Below are positions 23,168 through 35,170 of a stretch of DNA of 36,384 nucleotides, piece by piece. The stretch spans positions 1 through 36,384 of the forward strand of contig KZ539017.1 in assembly GCA_000934665.2 (NCBI GenBank), read 5' to 3'. The number at the start of each line of letters is the position of its first letter. The first letter of the stretch is position 1. The notes below the pieces were generated by a model. The model did not search any database. It saw nothing but the letters and a program-made list of their open reading frames with translations, and was not told the origin of the DNA. The translations under genes and the position numbers were made by a program. The stretch comes from Catajapyx aquilonaris (taxonomy: Eukaryota).

Positions 23168-24036
23168 TGTCGTAGCCCCATAGCGAAATATATTGGGCAC
23201 TTCATGAAATTGGACACATATATGCTGTAGTGCAATCTCCCGTGAAGAATTACAGCATGTGCCCAGAAATATTGGACTGTTCGCGAAGTGTCAGCAACGG
23301 GTTGGACTGATTCCGTATATTCAGAATCTACCCAATGGACATGAGCAGCTGAGCAAAACCAGAAGGTGTGGAGGGCATCAGGAGATGCAGAGTGCAGGCC
23401 ATACATGCCCATGACCTGGACGAAATGTGAGGAGAGAATGTCTGGAAGTCCAGGAGTTGAATAATTAATTATTAGTCCTGACTCTTGAGCCAAAGGTAGT
23501 CCAGGTGACTGTACGGAAAGGTTCTGTATCAGGAGTCTGCATATGACTTTGAGATGACCAAATTGGTCATGAGAATGGTGAAGAGAGAAGATTTGCAGCA
23601 GTGCACTTTATTGGTTACTTCCTCGGACATGTCTTAGCCCACCAAATGACACTTACGATCAACCAATCAGACAAGTACTTGCCTTCACTCACAGTATATA
23701 CAGTCACCTGGAATACCCTTGGCTCATCAAGAGTCAGGACCAACTCCTGAACTTCCAGACATTCCCTCCTCACATTTCGTCCAGGTCATGGGCAGGTCTG
23801 GCCTGCACTCTGCATCACCTGATGCCATCCACACCTTCTGGTTTTGCCCAGTTGCTCATGTCCACTGGGTAGATTCTGAATATACGGAATCAGTCCAACC
23901 CGTTGCTCAAACTTCGCAAACAGTCCAATATTTGTGGGGACATTATGTAATTCTTCACGGGAGATTGCACTACAGCATGTGTCCAATTTCAGTAGACATT
24001 TCATGAAGTGCACAATTACGCTATGGGGCTACGACA
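23168..24036. mobile_element. Non-autonomous long-TIR element (~340-bp arms) with TGT...ACA ends; Ginger-like
   Basis: 23164-23513 is an inverted, diverged copy of 23699-24040. Termini TGTCGTAGCCCC...GGGGCTACGACA are flanked by TATA on both sides. Confidence 0.7.
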
Positions 24037-24940
24037 TATATAAAGCCCCTATCCGAGGAGGATATAGGAGGATGGAAAATATTTCGCACTTCCCGGCGTC
24101 GCGTCGCAGAGATCTCGGAGTAGTCGAGTTGGATTCCTTACACCCGAATTACCGATGCCAAAAATGCCCATAATCGCAAATTTCCCAGCCGTTTTCGAGA
24201 TAGCCGAAAGTCGAATTTTGTACTTGCGACCTAGCCCATCTGCTCGTCGTTAATCCGCCGGAGAACAATAGCACACCCTCTGCGGAGCCCCCTCCACCCG
24301 CCGCTGACATCTGTATCCACTCCAATCCCACCTTGCCTTTTTCACGATACGTCAGCTAGGGCACATTCTCATACTTCACACCTTTATCGGTGACGTCACG
24401 GGTTCTGTAAACGGATGCCACCCCGCTCCGACCAATTTTTGCATAAAAATCCTTGCTCTGTTCGCATCGGAGAGTGTAGGAAGTGTGGGGCAGCCGGGTG
24501 CACCTGCACCGGGCCTCGCATATAGTTACGGAGACCGAGGGGGACCTGCCTGCGACGCGACCAATTCGCCCCGAAGTGTGGCGCAGCCCTATGGGGGGGN
24601 GGGGGGGGGGGGGGGGGGCTCGCAAAGCGAGTCTAACTTTATAAGCACCATACACTTACACTATATAAATAATCTCTTGTTGGGAAAATCGGCATATTCG
24701 TCAATGGTGTGTAGGATATTCAGGTAGATCACATCTCACATGCTTTTCATTAAATAATCATCATCATTATAATATCATTATCATTATTTTTATAAATTTC
24801 TAGTATTATTCAGAAAAAGCCATTATAATATTGTTAACATACTCTACTATCAAGTGCCACTGGTATAACATTCAAATGTTATGGCGCAACTGGAAGAGTA
24901 AATATCATTTCATAACGACTCAATTTTTATATACCGCATG

Positions 24941-25093
24941 TTATGAATACTGAAGCAGAATTTTAATGACATTGTTAAACAGTAGAGGAACAGCATCCTT
25001 TGCCCAGACAAAGTCGATGTGAGTGAACAGAGGCCATGGGACTTGGAAGGATCCGATCAGATTTGGTAGCTTCTTCTCGAGAGTTTCGACGTC
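24941..25093 (-). CDS. Lipase last exon (catalytic His)
   Basis: ttttccag|DVETLEKKLPNLIGSFQVPWPLFTHIDFVWAKDAVPLLFNNVIKILLQYS-TAA. Too short to appear in the ORF track. Confidence 0.92.
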   Translation of the reverse strand, partial: DVETLEKKLPNLIGSFQVPWPLFTHIDFVWAKDAVPLLFNNVIKILLQYS

Positions 25094-25349
25094 CTGGAAA
25101 AACAATGAACGTTTTACTATTTACAAACTGATCTTCCGCCTAGAAAATTATAGAAGTTTTTTTACAATATATTGCGTCAATAGTGCGACATTATTTACAT
25201 CATTTACAGAAATGTATTAATAGTATCCAATATATGCTTTAAAATACTTCAAAGCCCACTATTTGTATTCCAAATCAAATTGTAACGAGCCGTTCATAAT
25301 ATTTAAAAGAAACTATTGCAAAAGTAGAATATGACCGAGTATCACGTAC

Positions 25350-25577
25350 TTGTGGGTCTGCCAGCCAGTCGTTCAGCGCCCAAAACAACGCAACAGGAGC
25401 AGTCACGTTACCAAGGTTATACTCAGGAGGTGTGAGTGAGTTGTATCGCTGGAAATTCTCCTGTGTGCCAAAGTCGTATCTTCCAAATTTCCCAGTATTT
25501 GCGAACTGTATAAAGTGCAGGAAAGTTCGGTAAGATGCCCCTGCCGGAAGACTGGCTAGCGCTGCTTGGTATGTGCT
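25350..25577 (-). CDS. Lipase exon (catalytic Asp)
   Basis: ttcctcag|STYQAALASLPAGAS...PPEYNLGNVTAPVALFWALNDWLADPQ|gtacgt. Confidence 0.93.
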
Positions 25578-25662
25578 CTGAGGAAAGTGGAAATCAAAAA
25601 GTAATATTAGCTGGAGAATATAAATATAAGAAAATGGATTTCGACTTGAAAATTGTACTTGC

Positions 25663-25821
25663 CTCATCCCATTCTGCAAGATCAAATCCTGCAAACAAAG
25701 ATATGAGCATTTGGCAGGCACTTCTGGTGATATGGTTCAATCTGCATATATTAGACTGCGTCGTGTATAAATCAGGTGAGGGGTAGGACAAACTTGGGAA
25801 GCCCATTCGCGTCAACAATTG
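25663..25821 (-). CDS. Lipase exon (cap region), ending at a GC donor
   Basis: ttgcag|QLLTRMG...IC...C..LISLFAGFDLAEWDE|gcaagt. Confidence 0.82.
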
Positions 25822-26023
25822 CTGCAATAGATAGGGTAGGCAGTGATACACGAGACTTTCTTGCAGCTTTGAAAGAAAAGCCACTGATTCACTGCAAGTA
25901 TACGAACGTTACGAATGTAACTGAAATAATATAACCCACACACGAAAAGTGGTGTCATTATTTCTTATTTAAACAAGTAAAGAGATGGAGTGAGATAGAA
26001 ATGAATATATTCATATAACATAC

Positions 26024-26385
26024 AAAGAGATTCCCTGCAAAAGGCTGCAGAAGCTTGACTAATGGTGCTGAGGCAGTGGATAGGTTTGTTGCGGGGGCCA
26101 AACCGATCATCACTTTGATCTTCGAGTTAAGTTCAGGTCTGCCGGCCATGGCTGCGAAAAAGATGGTGGTTCCCATGGAGTGGCCCACGTAAGACACCTT
26201 TTCTTTGCCAGTAACATTGGTGACATAATCCACAATGACTGGCAAATCTCGAAGAGCCATTTCATCAAAACTGAAATCCCAGAAGGAAGGATCCCGGTCG
26301 CTCATATTCACATGTCTCTTAGAGTATGTGCTTCCTCGAGCATTTGTCATCCACACATCAAAACCGGCATCAGCCAGGATATGTC
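26024..26385 (-). CDS. Lipase exon (nucleophile GHSMG)
   Basis: ttttag|..HILADAGFDVWMTNARGSTYS...FWDFSFDEMALRDLP...YVGHSMG...GNLF|gtatgt. Confidence 0.95.
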
Positions 26386-26476
26386 CTAAAATAGGGAATT
26401 TTAACCATGCACATATACAGGCAACCCAAATGTAGAAAAGGTGACATATGGCATATTATATTTAAACGAGTCATAC

Positions 26477-26681
26477 CCAGAGCTCTAGATGACGGTCCAA
26501 GGACCCAGCACACTGAAGACAACATGAATCCGTGATGTAGGATTACTGCTGGTCTCTCAGTAGTATTAAGTCCCTGGGAGGACAGACCATGTGGGATCCG
26601 GTGAATCGTCAAGACGTATCCATCCGGAGACATAACAGTGTGGTTCTCGCATGGATACCCTTTTGATCGTACATACTCGGG
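26477..26681 (-). CDS. Lipase exon (N-terminal abhydro_lipase region)
   Basis: aaacag|PEYVRSKGYPCENHTVMSPDGYVLTIHRIP...PAVILHHGFMLSSVCWV...LG|gtatga. Confidence 0.93.
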
Positions 26682-27843
26682 CTGTTTGTAGAAGATCAGT
26701 CAGATGTGATTTCATGATAAAAGTTGTTATAATGATTTATTATTTTGAACTAATAATATGCTCCGTTCAATGACGCTCGTTTTTTATCCAGAATCTGGGA
26801 AAAGTCCGGATGTATATTTTTAGACTTTCATGACTTCACCTGTGCAAAGCCAGTCATTCACTACATTTGAGATCAGATAAGAGCATCAATATTAATATAA
26901 TACAAATGGCCTTAAAACTGCAGCCCCTCGTCGTTATTTATATTACGCGATCAAATCACAACGTATTTACAAAAAATGACAGCTTTCCATATTAATTTTT
27001 TTTACACCAACTAATTTTCGCACAAATTATGGTTATAAATAACCTACCCGTTGTTACCGTCTTGTCAGTCTATCTTTGGGAGCTATTATTCCAAACCTGG
27101 TCGGATCAGTAGAATACATTCATTTTATAACAATACTAAATGCAAATACAGGATATGCAATTATCTAATTATCTAATTGTGTAATTAGTGAGTGTAGGAA
27201 AATACCGGAGTGAATTAGTAATTAAGCTGTCTGTACTGTACATTTACTAACAAGAAGTAATAATATGGTACAGATGTAAAAATAAATCCTCGCATCTACA
27301 GTATAAAATAATAATGCCGCTATTTTTAGCAATATAGAGAGTCAAAGTCCTGCAAGGGCTGAATTAGCAGTATGAATGAATGAATGAATGCATTTTTATT
27401 ACTCCGTTGGACCTGGGTCCTTTCGGGGGACCTCCACTGCTCCACTCCTGTACATACACTTTGACAACAAAATATTAATCTAACATTACGTCACAATCGT
27501 TCGATAGCCTGCAATAAGTAAAGCAAAAGTGAAGTAAAAATGTGACAAAGGACGTAATTTTAGTCTCTCCTTATCTGTGACATAAATCCACATCCTTGGT
27601 ATGAGAACCTTCGCTTATCTATTCATCACTCTTCCCACAAGAGTGTACGTAATCCGGCCTGAGAATCCCAACATAATACTGACCAGAACGAAACGAGGGG
27701 CAAAGCGAAACGCATGCGTATTTTCAAATGAAAATTGCAAATCTTGACTGATTTTGAGGTGCTGAACATGAAAATGACAATAAAATTTGTCGATTGGCTC
27801 TAGTTTAGGAGATACAGAGATGGTCATGTATTATGGCCATGTG

Positions 27844-28430
27844 CGAGGGCCATACTAAAATGACTTACAATTTATTTTTTAGCCCATTTTAGTACGGCCC
27901 TCGCACATGGCCATAATACATGATCAAGATAATCCTGAAGCTGAATGAACAGCTAGGAGTCATGGGTGTGGCAACCTTTCCAGCCCCTCCAGGAACCATG
28001 CTTTGGAGGTTCGGTGCACCCCCTCCCGGACAACTGCTTACAGTCAACAATGTCCTCGAAATTGCATCAGCAAAGGAGTTTTTGTCATGGATCTGAACAG
28101 GTGAAAGTCACTGGGGGCCAAGCCGGGTGAATGCAGCGGGTGTGGAAGCACCAAAACCCAGATACATGAAAAAAAAAACCTTCGTCGACGCCATTTCGAG
28201 GACACTGTTGACAGTTGTTTACGTTGTTGGTTGTACACAGTTGTCCGGTTGTGGGGGCGTCGCACCTCCAAAAAGTGGTTACTGGAGGGCCTGGAGAGGT
28301 TGACACACCTGTGGTGGTAGTGCATTCGGCTCCAGGAGGATTCTATCTATAACGTGTGACTATCTGCCAACCTGTACGGGCACTGTATTTGTGGCAAAAA
28401 TAAATAAATTGTAAATCATTTTAGTACGCG
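27844..28430 (-). mobile_element. Internally deleted mariner element
   Basis: VLPHPLHSPGLAPSDFHLF matches the mariner HPPYSPDLAPSDFHLF motif. TIR CGAGGGCCATACTAAAATGACTTACAATTTATT at 27844 matches the inverted copy at ~28396-28428. Confidence 0.8.
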
Positions 28431-28935
28431 ACATACAAGGGGACATCGTGAATTTCTATGTGAAGTTCAAATTCAAAAATAATGTGTTTTTCTGGTTCTT
28501 TATCTGCTAGGAAGAAAGCACCTTTTCAGAAAAACCCTGGTTCTCAAGAATTATCATATTCATGAGATGCGGTGGTCAAAAGGTCAAAAATTGATCAATT
28601 TTGCAAGGATCTGATGAAGCTGGATTTCATGAGTGATATCGGCGAGGTTTTAGGTGCATAAAGGTTTCTTTGCATTAGGAACACAATGGTAAAGCTGGCA
28701 ATTATGAATTATGAAATATAAGTGCACTTTTCAGGGAAGAGGAAAGGAGGAAGTGTCGAAAATTAGTAAAAAACGGTGTCTTTTAGTGCATGAAAGCAAG
28801 GCGAGTTTTTAGTGAATTTTATTATTTATTATCGGACCCTTCAAATCATTAAGAAATGGCTACTTTAGTCGGCAATATCGGCAGTAGAAGCGGACCTTTG
28901 CTGGTATCCAACAGTTCAAAAAGAATTGTCCCTCT

Positions 28936-29100
28936 ACATATGTACTATATGGGGCTCAAATTGTTTTGGCCACGTTATCCTGGTCTTGAAGCAACCCTTC
29001 ACACAGGCCCCACGGTGAGCAAGTGTGTCTGTGTGAAGGGTTGCTTCAAGCCCAGGATAAAGTGGCCAAAAGTACTTGAACCCGATAGTACGTATATGTA
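28936..29100. mobile_element. Small foldback/MITE
   Basis: Core arms 28964-29006 and 29029-29071 are near-perfect inverted copies; pairing continues degenerately outward. Confidence 0.7.
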
Positions 29101-31157
29101 CGTATTATATTTACGCATTACTCTGTTATGTAAGAAACTATTGCGGATTTCTCAGGAATCATAGCCAATTTTGGGGGTTAATTCTTAATTGTCATATTCG
29201 TGATCAGCATATTGAAATCTTTAATAGATGTCTACTAATCTTTCAATTCATCAATATCTGTCGAATGTTCATAAGCGTATGGTACATACACTGTTACTGA
29301 TAACCCACCTCAGATTGACTGTCTATATAGTCGTACGTTAACCTTTCTTTTTTTTGTATATTTTGTAAGCTTGTGTGTGCGCCCCCCCCCCTCCCCGCCC
29401 AAAGGGCCTACGGCCCTAAGAACGGGGAAGGAAAATAAATAATTAATGTCTACTTTAGTCTCAGAAATTTCACTTTTGTCCAAATTTGTTCCCCAGTGTT
29501 CTTATGTGACCTATTTCACTTGTCTTACCACAGGAAGAAAGTCCCGAGGCTCAGCTCTGACGTACGACAACAGCTCTGCTACAACCACGAGTGACACCAG
29601 GGACAACATGATCGATCGAGGTGCCGAGAAAGACTGGACTCATCTGGACCTGCTTCCATTGTTATGCAATGGTGAAAATACCTGCTCGTTTTTTTAATTC
29701 TCCCACAAGTACATACAGCGCAGCTACCCTTGGACCAGTTGTAATTAACATTCAAGGTCAACGTTAATTTCCGTACAACTATTATGATCTAGGTATCATG
29801 TACAACTCTGGAAATAAAAAGTGGATGTACAAGGTACAAGGTACATCGTTACAGTCGAGGTGTAGCTGGGAAAATTACCGAGGTGTACCTAATTGCAGTG
29901 TAAGGTATGTACGGCCTCACTTCTTGGAACGTGACAGGGTATTTTATCGAAAGTTTTATTTTGATTAGTGTGCCTGACCCTTCTTTTTTCCATGGTTCTA
30001 ATGCAAAAACCTACTCTCACGGCATAGTAATTGGGATAATGAGAAGAGCGTGAGGACATTGGTGATAAGTTGGATGCTAGATTTTTCCCATGGATTGACG
30101 TCGGCAATGGAACCCGTCGAATCACGTACATTCATAAGAATGTCGTGGTCTTGACCTCAATGGCCCTCGAAGGTGTGACCGTAGAGGTAGGGGAAGGCAT
30201 GGGAAGAAGTAGTTTCTGGAAGCGACAACTATCGCAGCACATGAAAAGCGTATGGCCCTGCCGAGTGGCCACGAGAAAAAAGAGGTCATCATGCATGACC
30301 TTATGGATGTGTCATGGATGAGACTCAATTCAGGCCACCTAGACTGTACAATAACTCGGCTGTACTGTATCATACACGTGATTTGCCAACCAAAAGTACG
30401 CCATGTGTAATAAATTATGATTTTTCCGACTTATCTCTCCTCGTAAGTCTCTCTTCCAAAAATACGATCCGGGAAACTGATTTCTTTTTCATGAAGGCCC
30501 TGGTCCATCTCATCCTGCTTTCTTCCTGCTCCATTATTTTCTTCCTGCTCCATTATTTTCTTCATGTCCCCTAAGCCTCCTATTCGGACATTCCTGGCCC
30601 CCACCCCTCTCCCCCAACATCGGCCAAAAATTCGCGGGCCAAGTTTGGCAGAGTCACGGGTGCAGCGTTCTCTTTGCACCGCCGCGCCGATGCGGGCGTC
30701 TCGCTGGAGGTACGGACCTGAAATTTTCACAGCAGGGCAAGGAAGGGCCATTTGAGCCCTCGACGGAGTTTCGATCAATTATAATAATAATTAATTGCGA
30801 TATATACAGGGGGGGGGGGGGGGNGGGTTTGAAAAACGGCTCACTACATCTTGGCTCCGGATTCGAAATTTGGGAAATATCTCGACAGTGTGCGATGGCA
30901 AAAGTTGTCCTCTCTTACTCCTCCAAAGCGCGATTAATTTGGGCTATGGTTTTTGCACAGCTATTAAAACGGTTTCACCACCTCACCTCGTAAAATCGGA
31001 GGGAGTACTTCCGAAATAGAACAGTTGGTTCCCTGTTGCCCACGCGCTTTTAAAAATTATTAGCCTTTTAGTCGTGACGTCATTTATTTACGTTTCGCGC
31101 GGCGGCCATGTTGCCGGGGGGCATGGTTTTATGCGGTCTTATGGGCAAAGTGCAGGA

Positions 31158-33164
31158 ATGGTCGCAACTTGTGCAGCATTTGGGTGCAGCAACCGTAGGA
31201 AAGATGCCACACGGGGATTTTTCCGATTCCCAAACGATCCTGAACGGAAGGCGAAATGGTTGGCGGCAGTCAGAAGAGTGGGAAAGGACGAGAAAAGCTG
31301 GAAGCCCACCGAAAATCATCGGCTTTGCGGAGACCACTTTGCCCAAGGTAAAGGCAATGCCTGTGTCAATTTTTCAGGTTGAAGTAACCACATGGCTTAT
31401 TCTGTATTTCATACTTGAGGACTTATAATGAATCATGATTTAACATGTGATGAGTCATTACTAGGAACTGCAGACTTTGCACGGATAACTTATTGACTAT
31501 GCCTAGTCATGAAAGCATGGGACATAAAGCTACACCGACTCAAACCCAATTAACCTGAACGGATCTCAAATGCTGAATTTATTTCTGCACAAAGGGTGGT
31601 GGTACTCTCAAGTAATGAAATACAGTTGCATCTAGATATAAGAGACTTAAAGGGAGCATGGGAAAAAGTATACTATAACCAAGGCCTGTTACAGCCGAGG
31701 CTGTTATATCCGGATTCAAATGTACTTTTAAAAATGTACAACTACTGTATTAATGAAAATGTAGCACTATTAGGGTGCATGCATTGGCTAGCATCATGAA
31801 AGGAAAATTTGTAAATAAATCAATTGCATGAAGATTTACGCTTCACAATCATGTTTATAAATTACTGTGACATTCCGAAGCATTGTTAGTTTACACTGTG
31901 AGATATGTAATGTCTTGACAAATTATTTTTACTTAGGTCGACCAGCAAGAGAGTGGGAGAAAACCCACCCTGACTACATACCCCACATCTTCTCCTACAA
32001 GAAGAGAAAGGAGCTAGATCTAAAAGTATTGGACCGGTACACACGAGCTAAGGAGCGGCAGCAGAAGGCGAGTGACAATGGAGGTGCTAGCAGTTTCTCT
32101 GTTGATGACCCTGCTGTTGAAGACCCTGCTGTTGATGAACCCCAGGAGAACATTGATGATGTGGCCGAAGAGCAGTCCATGCCCAGCCGTGAAGATCAGC
32201 TTGTTCAGGAGAACAAGCAGCTTCTTTCTGAAGTGCAAGCACTCCAGAAGGAAGTACGTGACCTGAAAGAGAAGCTGAAGAAAGCGCAGTGGACTTCGCA
32301 GAAGATTGAAGATGACGACAAGACGACAAAGTTATTAACTGGCCTTCCCAATTTCAAGTTGTTCTTGTGGCTTCTGACTTGGGTGGGGACTTCAGTTCCT
32401 GACTCGTTTTGTGGTATAATGACAAAAGCTGATCAACTGCTGCTCACACTCATGACGCTGAAGCTGGGTCTACTCACCAGTGACTTGGCATTACGATTCA
32501 ACTTGTCAAACTTTACTGTGTCAAAAATCATTGACAAATGGCTCAAAGTATTGCATGCTCATGCGAAAGTCATGATTATGTGGCCAGAAAGAAGGGATGT
32601 GCGAAGAACTCTGCCACGAGTTTTCAAGAAACTCTATCCAGCTACTGTAGGTATTATTGACTGTTTTGAATTCCAGATTCAACGTCCTAGTTCCCTCAAA
32701 GCTAGGGCTGTTACCTGGTCACATTACAAAGGCCGGAACACATTATATTGAAAGTTTTACTGTGCATAACGCCAACAGGATCCATGTCATTTGTATCTAA
32801 TTGCTGGGGAGGGAGGGTGTCTGATGAGGTACTTACACAACGTTCTGGTTTTTTGACAAAGTTACTACATGGAGACACTGTACTTGCTGATAGGGGGTTT
32901 AATATTGGCGATGATGTGGCCGCATGCGGAGGAATATTGGTCATTCCAGCCTACACCAAAGGTAAAAAGCAACTGTCAGCAAAGGAAGTCCAGATTTCCA
33001 GAAATATTGCAAGAGTCCGAGTGCATGTGGAAAGGGCTATTGGCCGTGTCAAGGTGTTTAGAATACTTCAACATACAATGCCCTTGTTACTGGCCAAGAA
33101 GGCAGATCAAATTGTCACAGTCTGTGCTGCACTAACCAACCTAAGCCCCAAGCTGGTCATGTAA
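31158..33164 (+). pseudogene. THAP plus DDE_Tnp_4 transposase, join(31158..31347, 31937..33164), frameshifted at ~32745
   Basis: THAP C2CH motif (CAAFGC...FP...W...LCGDHF|G...HPDYIPHIF) split by a phase-1 intron; coiled coil; HTH (DLALRFNLS); catalytic IIDCFE, LADRGF and HVERAIG; 5-nt excess at 32743-32747. Confidence 0.9.
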
Positions 33165-33329
33165 TGTATAATGATGTTAAGGAAACAAAAAAATGGAATT
33201 ATAATTATGGTCAATAAGGAAGGCTGAAAATAAATGACAGACATTATTTGTTGCATTTTTTGCCATATTAACCAGTTATATTTCAGGTTCATTATTTTCG
33301 TTTAGTGCAAATTCAGGACAATCTTATCA

Positions 33330-35168
33330 TCAGCGATACTCTGATACACCCTCTCTCTGATACACTCTGATACACCCTGTATAGCACAATAAGTTGTATT
33401 GTGCTATAGGGTTCAAGACTATCCCTGTGTATATACCTGCGAACTCACCTCTTAGAATTTTTGGCGATACAAACACCTTGAAAAAGTTCCTGCATTTGGG
33501 CAAGAGGTTTTCAATGAACATGTCATCTTTATATACCCTTTCTATATACATTCCGCTGTCGGCATACACCACAAAGTCAGCGTAATTAACTTTGACTACA
33601 TGCATCTGCACCTGAACTTGCGTATAATAATTACAGCTGCGACTTAGTGCTAAGGTCCCCTTGTCTATGTACTTTAGCCTGGTTGTATCAAATATGGCCT
33701 CTTCCCTCAATGCATAGGGGCACTTAATCTCAAGCACTCCCTCGCCACAACAATCACATGAGATTATAGCAGCTAATAAAGAGGCCACACTTTCGCACAA
33801 CGAAATTTTCATGGGACTTCTGCCAATGCAACATGTAGGAGTCTCGGGCAGTCGACTCCTTCTCCCTCCCGTACGTCATGGAAGGTGTTGACAAGTTATT
33901 TCCTGAACGGAGAATGTCCCTGGACAGCTTCTCGGGTGACGTTGTGGCCTTCATCGTCTTCACACGATGTGCTGCTGATGCAGTAATACGACCCTGACGG
34001 AAGTCATGCCACGTTTTGTCCTTGTGCTGTTCAGTCGTCATGTGCTCAATTTTTTTACGCACCTCTTCACTTATGCACAGTGCATCAAACACCTCCTGGC
34101 ATTTGACATCGTTCGAAGTCTTCCCTCCCCAAATACTTATGCTGAGCACTGTGGAGATGGAGACTCTTGAGTTGGGCCCTCTCCACAGTTGGGTCGATAT
34201 TTTCATCATCCTCATCTTCTGACTCCTCCGCTGTGTCGGTAGATTCTTCATCCATCTTTGGCATGGCCGAGAAGATTGCAGCATCTGGAACAATGTCTTT
34301 TAATTGCTGCCAAAGTTCCTGTGTTTATGCTGCTGCAGTGATGTCCTTTTCAACCTTTCGTTTTTTCTCAATTGGAGATGGTGCTGATTTCGAGTACTTT
34401 GGCTTGAAGTACAGAATATTTTCATTTTCCACTGGTTCAACCTGGAAGTGATACATGATGCTTGTAATATTTAACACAGGAACTCCATATAGGTACTCAT
34501 GAAACTCTACTTTTCGACATAGTCACCATACAAATTGATGCACTTGTCCCACCGAGTCACTAGTTTTTTCATGCCACTGCAGAATAAAGTGCCTGACTGG
34601 ATGGGAAGCCGCAGTCTGTGGCAGACAGACTGTTTCACCTCCTTGTTGTCACTGAAGTATCGACTGCCCAGGTGCTTCTCATTGGTCCAACACTCTGAAG
34701 GAATGATAATCAAGGAATGGTATGCAAGCAAGTATGGTTTGGATGAAGCACCTGGCCAGTCAACACTTCAGTGACATCGAGAAAGTGCAACCAACGGTAT
34801 GCCACTGGCTTTGCAGCTATAGCCTGACTCTTCCTTCTGCAGTGGCATGGAAAAGTGTCCTGTGGGATAAGTGTATTACTGTGTATGGTGACACTGTCGA
34901 AAAGTTGAGAAAGGCTTTCAAGTCAGTAGTTGAAACTTTGGAATTGGAAAGTTTCGAATTACTTTTGTATTTGGCCTTGTATATGAGTATTGTCTAGCTT
35001 GCTAACTCTCCAAATAACGTGCAGTGGGAATAACAGTTTCTTGCACAAAAATAGTTTCCTAAATTGTAGCCATGTACCCACCTGCATCTTTGTAGATGTC
35101 CACTTGCACTCCACAGATGTGCATGACTTGCCCTCATCCAACTTGGACAATGCTTCTAATTTAAACAA
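33330..35168 (-). pseudogene. YqaJ/lambda-exonuclease-like second ORF of the ISL2EU-type element
   Basis: Motifs Q...W...RQGRITAS, YGREKE, CGLFIS, LEIKCP and YYTQVQ. Intron 34442-35081 (GT-AG, phase 0). In-frame TAA at 34325-34327, two frameshifts, and the ASPDG motif is missing near 33770. Confidence 0.88.
34495..34985. mobile_element. Foldback made of two inverted mariner transposase C-terminal fragments, within the YqaJ intron
   Basis: (-) KHLGSRYFSDNKEVK...KLVTRWDKCINLYGDYVEK* and (+) KHLASQHFSDIEKV...WDKCITVYGDTVEK. Confidence 0.8.
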
Positions 35169-35170
35169 GA

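Larger units (their letters stand above)
24941..26681 (-). other. Acid lipase (lipase-3/LIPA-like) gene: join complement(26477..26681, 26024..26385, 25663..25821, 25350..25577, 24941..25093); 5' exon(s) unresolved
   Basis: abhydro_lipase N-region, GHSMG serine, NDWLAD aspartate and FTHIDF histidine; all phases are consistent. Confidence 0.93.
31061..35170. mobile_element. Decayed ISL2EU-type (PIF/Harbinger superfamily) DNA transposon; right end not in the window
   Basis: THAP-DDE transposase (+) convergent with a YqaJ exonuclease ORF (-), the organisation described for ISL2EU. The left terminus near TAGCCTTTTAGTCGTGACGTCA is approximate. Confidence 0.85.

Noticed and set aside
23152..24013. 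Paired ORFs (MAQESG.../MAHQESG...) as duplicated genes
   Set aside because: They arise from the two arms of the long inverted repeat and contain no recognisable domain.
26700..27600. Lipase 5' or signal-peptide exons (e.g. ...FYFTFALLIAGY... near 27490-27590)
   Set aside because: No phase-consistent splice path to 26681 could be established by eye.
30070..30321. Possible mariner N-terminal remnant
   Set aside because: Motifs too degenerate; no clear WVP or TGDE.
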